Positions 1-10,648 of a stretch of DNA of 48,330 nt are shown here, one piece after another. Each line of letters opens with the position of its first letter. The stretch's first letter is position 1. Source of the DNA: Catajapyx aquilonaris (lineage: Eukaryota); contig KZ538777.1 in NCBI GenBank assembly GCA_000934665.2, positions 1 through 48,330 on the forward strand. Direction: 5' to 3'. The position numbers were made by a program, and so were the translations under genes. The notes under the pieces were generated by a model, which was not told where the DNA came from, did not search any database, and worked only from the letters and a program-made list of their open reading frames with translations.

Positions 1-97
1 TGCGAGCTCACATTTTGCGATGTACAACCTAGCTGCCAGGTCGCAATTTGCGAGGTCCTGCGACCTCGCCACGAGGTCGCGAGAATTTTGGTAAGGG
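1..97. mobile_element. Probable right end of a MITE truncated by the window edge
   Basis: Repeated sub-terminal motif CGAGGTCGC/GCGACCTCG in both orientations, ending in ...TTTTGGTAAGGG. The partner end is not in the window. Confidence 0.35.
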
Positions 98-826
98 ATA
101 GCCCTAACTATATTCTTAGAGCTGGAGAAGTGACCAACCCATATGGGTCTGGTGAGGAGGGTCAATTATGGCTAGGCTGAAGATGGAGAAAACGGAGGCT
201 GGATAAGAGGGGAGGCCATAATACAGGGTGCTGCTGCAAAGGACGCATTGATCTGGAACTGTACTTTGCCATAGGAAATGACTGCGGGTTTTCCTCTGCT
301 AGCTCTGGGGATTTCCACAGCGGTACATTCTATAGGAAACGAACGTTACATTAGTGTTAACAACATTATGCAGCAGCGGCTTAATTTTAACTGCTGCTCT
401 TTCATTCCGGCCTATAGAGTACCGGTAGTTTAATATCACGGTGATATAAGCCTACATGGAAGCTTTTATCTCCTAGCGGCACCTATAGGCACTACACTAC
501 TACAGGCTTCATATAGATTGTTTTTCACTTACCCCACCTATTGTGAATCATGGTCTAATCACTCTAATGATTCTTTGTTATGTTCCCCTGCCGAAGTGGG
601 ATGTGCAACATGATATCCGCGATCAGTGTTCGACGGCGCCGTAAACATCACGGTAAAAGAATATACTGGTATGCCATTAGTGGGTCCCCTCATTACACGT
701 GAGGTGAATAACAACCAACAAAAGGGACAAACAATATCACCTTCCCAACTACGCAGCAAGTCTCTCTAATGCTATCCTCGCCATTACACGAAAGAAAACA
801 AACGTCCCTTGACACTAGATCTCCCA

Positions 827-852
827 ATATATATATATATATATATATATAT
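827..852. repeat. (AT)n microsatellite
   Basis: Direct observation. Confidence 0.95.
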
Positions 853-1185
853 TACAAGAATGAAAGGTAGCCATATCAAGAGCTCTTGGCCATATATATA
901 GTTAACAGCTGAGTTTAGTTTAGTCACCAGAAGCACATCCCGATTTTACCACGTTTAAACAACGCGCTTTCCCCTCTAACCAAATCCACAAGCTGAAACT
1001 GTAAAATCGACTAACGAGCAAAATCCTCCACTGATGTGGTTAGTGACAGGCTATATGCTGCAGGTTAGATAGCAAGTTTGACGTGTGGCCAGGTGGCAAT
1101 TTTCCTCTCGCGTGAGTAAAAATCGGTTGGAATCGAATAAATGACTCGGATTGAGTTGGGAGCTTTGGGTTGACAGAGTGGTTGG

Positions 1186-1230
1186 GGGGGTCGTCCATAA
1201 ATTACGTAGACACGAAGGGAGGATGGGGTC
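1186..1230 (+). mobile_element. Solo terminal inverted repeat relic GGGGTCGTCCATAAATTACGT of a DNA transposon/MITE family
   Basis: The same motif recurs inverted at 10626-10648 (TTACGTAATTTATGGACTGCCCT) and degenerately at ~6534-6563 (TGACGTCCAGTTATGGACGATACCTTA). It resembles termini of arthropod TWA-target MITEs, from memory and not verified. Confidence 0.45.
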
Positions 1231-3151
1231 ATTCACTGTACAGTTCTGCATACGATTTCAGGGAAGAACGTGTACAACTTCAGAGTTAGAAGTTGCAGGA
1301 AATTTCAGGGCTATAGTTGACACATCAGGTAATGTCAAGAAGCAGCATTGTTTTTTGTGTTTTAGTATACATATGAAGGGTTCAGGAGAAAACCATGTTA
1401 ACCGCCAGTGAGTCTAGTTGTCAAGCGCTGTACCGTGAGAGGAACTATACTTAACTCTGATGTTGCAATTATTTATTTATTTATAAAAATATTGTTGCCA
1501 CACAATTTACGCGTCACATCAGCAGGTCTCAATATCAACCAGGTTACCACTAGAATTGAACCAGTGTGATGGAGCTACAGTGGTTGATCGTTATCAAAGC
1601 GTTGCACTGCTGTACATTTTGGCACACGTATTCTGATTAGCGCAATACAGCGCAGATTGCTCCTTCGCCCACTCAGCATCGCAAAAAAAAGTAGCAAGCG
1701 TGAATAGTGCCAATGCCGGCGGGAAGTATAAAAAAAGAGCGTAGGTATCATGTGTCACGCTTGGCAACATCGGCCGATGTTTCTCAGTCGTGTCACTCAA
1801 GTGTCGGCAACTTTGTGCAGACATGTGGTAATTATCGTGTTTACCTTCCGAATCACTTTGACAAAGCGACTTCTCAGACCGCTGTTTATCGCAAATCGTT
1901 GGATACACGCCGGTACAACCAGGCGTGTCCCGACTATACAGTGCAGATGAAGCATCGCCCAATCGGCGAAGAAAATCGAGTGGTGGAGCAAAAGTAGGCT
2001 ACCGCCATTGATTGGACCAAGTCACGTGGAAGACAAGAGTGACCGCGTCTGTCCGTCAGCTCCGTGGGTCCCATGCAGCACGCGGGAAGTATTATCGAGC
2101 GATAAAGGTAACATGGCAAGAAGACGGGGGCAGAATCGACTCTTCTGAGCCGGAGGCGGTAGCAGCAGCAGCAGCAGCCCGCCTGCAGCCGGCGTTGCCG
2201 TCTCTGCTGCCACTTCTGGACCCCGCTCACTTTCACCCAGTTCCGCCTTTGCACCATTCTCGTTTCGCACACTTTGCCGTGTGTATATTGATTCGGCAGG
2301 CCTAGCTGGCCCCCCTCTACACTTTCAACTCTTGCAGGGTTTCAGCCGACTCAATGCAGACTTGGCTATACCACTGTTGTCGCCACGAGGGTCATAATTA
2401 TATTCTAATGGCGCAGAAAACTACTGTACTGAGTCAATAAAACCAATGCAGTAGTCTGGAACCACAAAATTATTGGTTCCAGCATCGGCTCAAGTATCTA
2501 ATAAGGTAACGTAGGCTACTGGTGCTTATGAAGGGATAATAGCAGTTTGCATCTCGTGCGATCTCGTGCTTACTGGATATGTAATGATACAGCCAAACAC
2601 TTTCAAGGGCAATAGTGTACTCTACATTAACAAGACGCCATGTGCAGTATACTGTATTTCCTGCTTTGCGGATTTTTGAGAAAGTGAATGAAGCTGAATA
2701 GAGGCACTGGAGAATCTATTGAGGTGGATACGGCTCAGCCATATTACATGTTCAATTTTATTCGGATTTTAGAGTCAGGCATCGCATGACAAAATTATTC
2801 CTGTCAATCCTAACTGTTAAGGGCAACCCGCAAGATGTTATGTTTCGCCGGGAAAGCATGACTTCCAGGATAAATCTCCTCTGCATTGCTCCATGGAAAT
2901 ATGCATTCCAGGGGTCTTGCGGAGAAGTTTCAATATTGGTGCGCCGGATTTTTTTACGTGTTCAGTGCTGCTGTATATGCATGATGAATAAAATTACACA
3001 TGAATATGGATGGAGACGGGAAATATAAATCCAATTGCTCCAAGAAGTCGCTCTTGACTTCTTGAAGACAGCTTGAAATATTGTGAAGAGGATTGATTTT
3101 CCAAGTGTACACCCAACTGATTGAGTTATTAATCCGACAGTTACATCCGGC

Positions 3152-4452
3152 GAACATCGGTGCGAGATAGTGGAAGGTGGCTGGCCTGGCCTTGGGCCTC
3201 TCACCAGTATGCCGGAAGACCATTTTGAGAAGAGCCATCTTGCCGATGATTTTCTTCGGGGCAGAGACATGGGGCAAGAGAGCGATGATCAAGACTTCAA
3301 GAGCTTCAGAACCGTGCTGAGGTCTGCCATCCGGCCATCCCTCATAGAGGCGACTAGGACTAGTACGTCGGCCAACGACACCCTTTGTGCCCTGGCGGGA
3401 CAGATGCCACCTGAATTCCTAGCGAGGGCAGCCTGGGAAGTACTGTACGTGGGGAGCTGGCGGCGCGGCGGTGGGGACGGGGGAGTCTCCCCAGTCCCTC
3501 TTTCCTATCTGGGCAACCGGCGCGGCGGACTCCCGCCATGTCAGAGGCAGGCCACAGATATTCGTATTTGGGATGGGGAGCCGGAGGAAGTGGAGCAAGT
3601 CACATACACTGACGGATCTGTCACCCTGGGAAAGAAAGCGGGTGGGGCCCTGGTGTGTTTCAGGGAGCACGGGGAGCTGCGGTATAAGGAGCTGCTTCCC
3701 TTTCCCCCGCATGCGAGCATCTTTCAAGTTGAACTGGCCACCATAGTGGAGTGGATGGTGATGGGCAGCCTGGGGCACACAACTGGATGGATCGTCTCTG
3801 ACTCCTGTTCCGCTCTACAGGCCATTAGCAACCCCAGGTCGAAGGATAGACTGGTGTCGAGAGGGCAGAGGATCTTAGCAAAATCCACATGGAGGATCTC
3901 TCTCTCTGCTGGGTGAAGGCCCACTTTGGAATCGAGGGGAATGAGATGGCCGACACAGGGGCGAAGAAGGCGGTGGAACTGGTCGCGAGAAGCCATTATC
4001 TCCCCTTCTCCCGAGCCTTCTTGAGACGGAAGATTCTGGCTCGGGCACAACTGGACTGGCAGGCACAATGGGAGCGCAGCCGGGAGAAGTGGTGTTTTGG
4101 ATTCTTCCCCGCCGCGCCGTGAACAGAGCCGTCCACATCCACGGGCACGTGGCCCGGTTCATCTCGGGTCACGGGCCCTTTCTGGCTTACTTGGCCAGAT
4201 TTGGAAAGCTGGGGGAGCTCTGGGCCTGTGGGGGAGCCTGCCCCTGTGGAGCTGGACTTCAGGATTCAGAGCATCTTTTATGGACATGCACATCCGTTGG
4301 TGGTTGAGGCTCGGAGACACCTGAGGACGGCTTCGACCAGCCTGGGGCGGGGCTGGCCCTGTTCATTGGTGACCTTCACGACAGTGGCTTCGGTCCCCTT
4401 CAACAAGTTTTGCTTGCGGGTAGATCGGTACATCGGGGTAGAAAACGCCTGA
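3152..4452 (+). pseudogene. Frameshifted ORF2 C-terminus of the LINE: RT thumb/connection, RNase H, CCHC zinc knuckle
   Basis: Stitched across about 4 frameshifts (~3280, the (CT)n run at ~3900, ~4115, ~4297): GLSPVCRKTILRRAILPMIFFGAETWG (RT C-terminus); YTDGS...SIFQVEL...IVSDSCSALQAI...WVKAHFGIEGNEMADTGAK (RNase H catalytic motifs); SGHGPFLAYLARF...CPCG...DSEHLLWTC (CCHC). Stop at 4450-4452. Confidence 0.92.
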
Positions 4453-4520
4453 GCAGCTGAGGAGGAAGAGGTGGGGGGGGGGGGGTGGNTGTTTTTTGAT
4501 GGCCAGTTGAAGTGCCGCGA

Positions 4521-4559
4521 AAGAAGAAGAAGAAGAAGAAGAAGAAGAAGAAGAAGAAG
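4521..4559. repeat. (AAG)13 microsatellite within the LINE 3' UTR
   Basis: Direct observation. Confidence 0.95.
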
Positions 4560-4827
4560 GGGACGGAGCTGGAGATGGGGGGACAAGCCATATAGTATAG
4601 GAAAATTGGGAAGTCATGGAAGTTGACACAACGGTGGGACCCAGACGAAGTAGTTGGCTGAAGTGGACGGTGTGAGAGGCGGTGGGGAGTAGGGAGAGGG
4701 AGCGGGCCAGACTGGCGGCAGAGTTGGGGTGCGGAGTTAGCTGCCTGATCTACCGTAGGGAAGGAGAGATGGTGGAATGGGACGGGAACGACGGGAAGGA
4801 CTTAGGACGAGGCCGCGGTTGGACTCA

Positions 4828-5550
4828 CAAGGGAAGTGTAAGTGTTGTCCGTGAAGTTTCTGAATGAAACTTGGGACAATAATATAGGCAGGTAAGTTAT
4901 TAAAGAAAATGAAAACAATTTAGGCGGATGCCCACAAGGTCAAAAGTTATGACCTCTCGAACTCACAAGGAACACTTTCCAAGATCTCGCCGATTTTCTT
5001 GAAATTCGGTACATTGGTAGGCCACCCCAAGGGATGAAAAACGCACCTAAAGTGACCTGCTCAAAATGACCTGGTGACCCCTTTTGGAGGGCAGAGGTCA
5101 ACTCTAAATGCCGAAAACTCACCCATTTTCTTGAAATTCGGTACATTGGTAGGCCACCCCAAGGGATGAAAAACGCACATAAAGTGACCTGCTCAAAATG
5201 ACCCGGTGACCCCTTTTGGGGGGCTGCCAATGCACCGAATTTCAAGAAAATGGGTGAGTTTTCGGCATTTAAGAGTTGACCTCTGCCCCACAAAAAGGGG
5301 TCACCAGGTCATTTTGAGCAGGTCACTTTAGGTGCGTTTTTCATTCCTTGGGGTGGCCTACCAATGTACCGAATTTCAAGAAAATCGGCGAGACCTTGGA
5401 AAGTGTCCCTTGTGAGTTCTAGAGGTCATAACTTTTGACCTTGTGGGCATCCGCCTAAATTGTTTGCATTTTCTTTAATAACTTACCTGCCTGTATTATT
5501 GTCCCAAGTTTCATTCAGAAACTTCACGGACAACACTTACACTTCCCTTG
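4828..5550. mobile_element. Foldback/MITE-like non-autonomous DNA transposon, 723 bp, with ~325-bp terminal inverted repeats
   Basis: 4828-~5152 is the near-perfect reverse complement of ~5223-5550 (CAAGGGAAGTGTAAGTGTTGTCCG...CGGACAACACTTACACTTCCCTTG). TCA flanks both sides (4825-4827, 5551-5553). An internal direct repeat has period 132 bp (4993 vs 5125). Confidence 0.9.
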
Positions 5551-5663
5551 TCAGACGAAGCAGACAGCTATGGATAACGGAGAGAGCAGCGGCGGTGACC
5601 ATGCCCAGAAGGAAGCAGCCCCGTAGCGTCCAGCAGTTGGGCCTGAAGCGTTTGGTGGTCTAG

Positions 5664-6123
5664 GAGGCACGTTACACGGCAGTTTTGTATCGCATTTTAG
5701 GGAGCCGAGCTTCGCGTAGAGCGATTCATCACTGTCGTGCAACTTGTGCTAAAGCGCTTCAAAACTCGAAGCGACGTTCGCTAGCGCTTTATGATAAACT
5801 ACCTTGTACAATCGCTTCAAGGGATTAGAAGTGGGTTAAGCGGGCTGCCGTGTATCTGGACGACCCTTCAAGAGCGCTCTAAAATACGCTGCGAGCTGTG
5901 TCTTTGCAGCTACTGGGATCGCAAAAAAACACTACATAACCACTAAATATAGGCAACGCTGCTCCCAATCACTCCCAACTCCAGAGGGGGTAGGAATTTG
6001 GAAGGAGGTGGGGGGATATGGGCAAAGTCGCTCCAAGGCCTCTCGTGTAACTCCCTACCGAAAGTGTTCAGAATTAACGCGGTTTAAAGGGAATCGCTAC
6101 AAAACTGCCGTGTAAAGTGCCTC
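5664..6123. mobile_element. Degenerate MITE (possibly PIF/Harbinger-like) nested in the LINE 3' UTR
   Basis: An inverted repeat of ~30 bp: GAGGCACGTTACACGGCAGTTTTGTATCG at 5664 versus CGCTACAAAACTGCCGTGTAAAGTGCCTC ending at 6123. No clean TSD. Confidence 0.6.
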
Positions 6124-6435
6124 TTGTACTGATTACTTTGCAGTATCCACACGGCAGTAGCAATGGGTGAAGTTGCAACAGATGGGATTCATTATTATTA
6201 TTATTGTAATGTCATTTTGGTTAATAAACCGGGAATAAGGGGCTGTTGGGCCGCATTGGCTGGGACAGTCCTTAACTCCCTTTTGTAGTTACATCCGGCC
6301 GGAGAATTAAATTTCATTACGGTTTATTTATTCATGTACGTACTACAGTATGTATGTATGTATTTATTGTCGGGATAGTTTCGAAAGAATATTGTTGTGT
6401 GGAAGCAAGAAGTTCACCATACACACCGATTCTCA

Positions 6436-6563
6436 GTGTGACGTCATTATGAACCACACCCCTCTAACCCCCCTCCCTCACCCCCCGTCAGGGTTTGTCA
6501 CGCAACATTGATCCCCCCTCCTCTCTCTTACCTGTGTGACGTCCAGTTATGGACGATACCTTA
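6436..6563 (-). mobile_element. Degenerate terminal fragment of the same MITE family as 1186 and 10626
   Basis: C-rich sub-terminal tracts followed by TGACGT...TTATGGACGATACCTTA. Confidence 0.4.
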
Positions 6564-7493
6564 CTATACGAGAGCCAGGCCAGCTGAACATATATATCTT
6601 TTTATGTAGCTAGATTAACTTTTACGTCAAATTATCGGGTTTGATCGAGATATTTGCATTGGAGAATAAACTCTCAGACTTCTGTGTAAAGGGCAAAAGG
6701 TAGGTAGGCTAACTAGAAGTTGTCGTTTACGTCTAACTTATCCACATTGGTGAATGCAGTCCCAGTTGGCTGTTTGGAAACCAATAATTGCGCGGGTTCG
6801 AGATGCCTAAAAAGGGGCCTATCCACTACCGAGAAATCTATAGCGATCTAGGCTGTAGACCTATCTTGTAATCCCAAATGGGTCTATAAATCAAATTGAG
6901 ACATAGGCCTATATTCTGTTACAAATCCAGGGCTGATAAGAGTACACTATGAGTCTATGACCTGTTCAAACATAGCAATATTAGTTATTGTAATTATCAA
7001 AAAATGAAATAATTCACAGTGGCTAATTATACAGGACATAATACAAAATCGTCAGTTACTTTATGATTAGACCGTCATAAAAGTTAACACTACAACGAAT
7101 TCAGCCTAGTAAATGCGACACTCGATGAATTAAATTGGAAGTGTAAAATATAGTCTAGATCAATTTTTTTCTGAATCCCATACAACCCACTATTATTTGA
7201 CATGCTAGACATAATAATTAATTCTGTATGATAACTACTTCTCACATATTCAAAAGCATTTGAATATTGATTATGTCGCGCATTCAAAAGCAGAAAAGCT
7301 CCTCTTTTATGCGGTTACTTTTCAATTTCTAAAGATTTTTGATCATTATATGACCTTTACCCTGAACACCTATCTCTTTCATACTGTATTACCTGCTGAA
7401 TCAGCTTGAATCTTTTTGTGTCACGTTTGGACACTGAGACAGAGAAAACCGGAAGAGGAAAGGGAAATGGAGGGTTTCTGAGTTTTGACTATA

Positions 7494-7558
7494 ACTCTGG
7501 TAGGATTTTCGGATTCGGCGCTATATTATAGCGCAGAATCCGAAAATCCTACCAGAGT
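7494..7558. repeat. 65-bp near-perfect palindrome with a 1-nt centre
   Basis: ACTCTGGTAGGATTTTCGGATTCGGCGCTATA-T-TATAGCGCAGAATCCGAAAATCCTACCAGAGT, with one mismatch. Confidence 0.9.
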
Positions 7559-8169
7559 AATGAACACATGATCCAAATCCTATGTTTTTGTGGTGATATA
7601 AGAAGTTACTGTAGGCCTGATAGGTAGCTTCCAAAATACTGTATTCATATCACTCGTCAGCCACTTCACTCTATAGGATGATGCATAGCATTATCCGTTG
7701 CTTTAAATGACACCATCATCCACAACAACATATAGTTCAGAGTACATGGTTTGTGAAAATGACATAGGCCTATAATATTCTACAGTACTACACAGTAATG
7801 ACTACTTGCGCTTGAAACGTACCGTACTCACCATTGCGTGAGAGTGAAAAGGGAGGCAGAGGTAACGTCAACCTTCAAGACGAAGTTGTTCCTGACTGGA
7901 AATAAAGGAAAGGCAATAATTATTAGAAGGCCTGTGCACACAAGACGTGCTCATGCGACACATCAAGATACACATAGAGCTATAGGACAAAGTAACACTG
8001 CCTCGGCCTAGTCTCCTGCACGTGCCGATTCCAAGACAAGTGGCATCCATTTTCATTATAGTCCTGGCACAAAAAAGGAAGGGTTGGAAATTGGATCAAT
8101 GGGTTAGCGGCAAGTTTTTCTCCTCTAGAATGGAATGAGGTGGAAGAGCAGTGTGACCTATGAACTTCA

Positions 8170-8260
8170 AGTGAATAAATGGACTAAGGGTGGTATGGGC
8201 GTGGACTCCCAATGGACTCGCTATGATCCCTCAGCTGGCAGTCCAAGATCCAATCTCGCC
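8170..8260 (+). mobile_element. Possible highly decayed RTE-like LINE 3' fragment
   Basis: Frameshifted translation KWTK-VVWAWTPNG...GSPR resembles the RTE C-terminal W-x-P-x-G-x-R-x-RGRP motif. An (AAT)n tract follows about 110 bp later. Confidence 0.3.
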
Positions 8261-8366
8261 TCATCACGCACGTGTTGATTCATTACATGGCTCTACTCCG
8301 GATCATGTTTTCCCATCATTGCTATATCTTCACTGCATCGACTACCAAAGGTCAACTGTATACCAG

Positions 8367-8367
<1 letters not shown>

Positions 8368-8451
<84 letters not shown>

Positions 8452-8486
8452 GTAGTAGTAGTAGTAGTAGTAGTAGGCCTAATAAT

Positions 8487-8526
<40 letters not shown>
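8368..8526. repeat. Compound microsatellite (AAT)n-(AGT)n-(AGC)n interrupted by TAGGCCTA
   Basis: Direct observation. It explains the poly-N, poly-I and poly-L ORFs here. Confidence 0.95.
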
Positions 8527-8528
<2 letters not shown>

Positions 8529-8815
8529 AGTGGAGAATATCCTAGTCTCATGTGGATGCCTTGCGGGCTTCCACTGTCACGCTCTTATATTTTTAAGGCC
8601 AATTTAATCAACTTAAGAACCGTAGTGTATATATACTCCAATCCTATAACAGTATAATAAGCTGTTATTCACATGAATGGAGCAGTGTTCCTGCTTAAAA
8701 ATAATTATTCCACAATCTGATTTGTGTATAGACGCATTCACTTGATGCGTAGTGTTTTCATCGTGTATTTTTGGAGCTTAGTGTGAATAGCGATAATTAC
8801 AAGCACTGTATATTA

Positions 8816-9397
8816 TGTAGGTCCCGCTTTACGACGGGGTCAGGTTCGAGAAAAAACAGGGTCGTACAATGAGGAAAATCGTAAAACTAGTCCTACCTGC
8901 ATAATTATACAGTTTTTCCAAATCCTGTCGCAATGTACCACGGAAAACAAAAGAAGCGCTTGCATAGCGTGTTTGGACCATGGTCTTAGAATAGTAAGGT
9001 CTGGTCACTTCCCTCTTATCGCCTTAGGGGCCTGACGGGGTGGTTTGCGGGAGGTGGCCGCGTGGTAGCGCTTTTCAGGACCTCATTGACATGTGCGACC
9101 CACCGGACTGCTCTGAACTTAGGTAGAAGAGAAGCCTTCTCTTCTACCCAAGTTCAGAGCAGTCCGGTAGGGTCGCCAAATGTCTGTTCGCGCCTGAAAA
9201 GCGCTATCAGACGGCCACCCGCCGCAAACCACACTGTCAGGCCCCTAAGGCGACAATACGTCGTACCATGGTTTTGACTCGAGGTGTTGCAGCGATATGT
9301 GCTATTTTGATTTTTATTGCTATTGTCACATTTTTCATTTTATAAAGGTAATTTTTAAAAGGTCGTTAATCGAGCATCGTAAAATGAGGCCTACCTG
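8816..9397. mobile_element. Degenerate Tc1/mariner-superfamily (pogo/Tigger-like) MITE
   Basis: The left end GTAGGTCCCGCTTTACGACG matches the reverse complement of the right end (CAGGTAGGCCTCATTTTACGATG), which is followed by TA at 9398-9399. Sub-terminal TCGTAAAA repeats are present. Confidence 0.5.
9016..9256. repeat. ~240-bp imperfect palindrome with a 1-nt centre, nested in the 8816-9397 element
   Basis: TCGCCTTAGGGGCCTGAC...GTAGAAGAGAAG-C-CTTCTCTTCTAC...GTCAGGCCCCTAAGGCGA, centred at 9135. Confidence 0.9.
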
Positions 9398-10625
9398 TAC
9401 AGGAAATGCTCTCTACAGGTAATGATAGCTCTCGGAGGCCTCGAAAAATTGCTTAATGCCCTTGAACGAAACAAAAATGTTGGTGCAGATTTACTATTGC
9501 TTATAAAACCTATTTTCAATCTGACCGGGCTTTACGAGTAGTATCTCGGGTTTGGCTTGATATTACCTCATCATAAACTTTCTGACTCATTCCCGTCATA
9601 ATGGAATGGGAGTCGAGGGAAGTGACTCCATTACACCCCAGTAAATTAGACATTTCGTATTGCCCCCTCCCTGTCCCCAACCCTCAAAAATCCCCCATAA
9701 CATTTTTGGTAAACTTCCGATATAGCGTTTCACTGTAAAGACTTGTTGATCTGCTTATAGGAAGTATATAGGAGTATGTTTATTCTGCGCTAAAGACTAT
9801 AGAGTTATGCATATAATGTCGGTCACGTGGTGAAACACAAATTCCATACCATTAAAAAAAACCTCGTTTGAAGTGTTGAATTTAGCAAAGAATCGGTAAG
9901 ACAATATAGAGCTATAGTCTGGTCCTGGTGCATGAGCAGCCTACTCCATGATAAGGAAACATCAACCTATCGCACAGATAATTTCTACCCACCAAAACGG
10001 TATTGTTAACTACACTAAATGGCGGAAGATGAATTTGATAAACAGCTGACACACATCGTTTATGATAGGATTTTTCACGCCGCTTCCTTTATTACGGGAA
10101 GTGGTATTATTTCTAATGAGTAATACGAGGTGGTTAGGAGCAATAGGAGGTATTACTTAACATACTCCGTACTTTTATAGCCAGATGGTTTTAATACACT
10201 ATAGTGTGAGCAAGGTTCAAAATCTATCAATATATATTCTCCTTCTCTACCGACCCATATAAAAAGCTGCACTAAGCCTTTGCTATGCAGAAGAAATGAT
10301 TAAAATAAAGTAAATGAAATAAATACAAAATAAAAAATACCCTGTTTTGTGTGCGCATTACTGATATGCGGCGTAGAGCTGAAGCTGTTGTCTCTCATTG
10401 TAATGTTGGGCCCATGTTCAATAGAAAAGTTATGTTAATCTTATTCACTGACGATAAAAATGCCAAAGGGTTTTTTTTTTTGAAAATCGAGACGCATGTT
10501 ATGGCTACACATGCCGTGCAGGTGTGACTTAGTGACTCTCTTCAAATGATTTACTTTAACAGGGCTAGAACGGTGTAACGTACCGTAACGCTAGGATGAT
10601 CCATCTTCTCTTCTATATGGCTAGC

Positions 10626-10648
10626 TTACGTAATTTATGGACTGCCCT
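10626..10648 (-). mobile_element. Solo terminal inverted repeat relic (same family as 1186)
   Basis: Its reverse complement AGGGCAGTCCATAAATTACGTAA matches 1186-1208. Confidence 0.45.

Larger units (their letters stand above)
3152..6286 (+). mobile_element. 5'-truncated non-LTR retrotransposon (RNase H-containing, R1/LOA/I-group-like) with long 3' UTR and nested insertions
   Basis: An exact 13-bp direct repeat AGTTACATCCGGC lies at 3139-3151 and 6287-6299. RT-like homology starts immediately after the left copy. AATAAA is at 6223-6228 and a stem-loop at 6231-6280 precedes the right copy. Confidence 0.8.

Noticed and set aside
4993..5223. Direct repeats as a possible CRISPR-like array
   Set aside because: Only two ~100-bp units inside a eukaryotic foldback element, with no repeat-spacer architecture or cas genes.
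8190..8657. Poly-N/S, poly-I and poly-L ORFs
   Set aside because: Artefacts of stop-free trinucleotide microsatellites.
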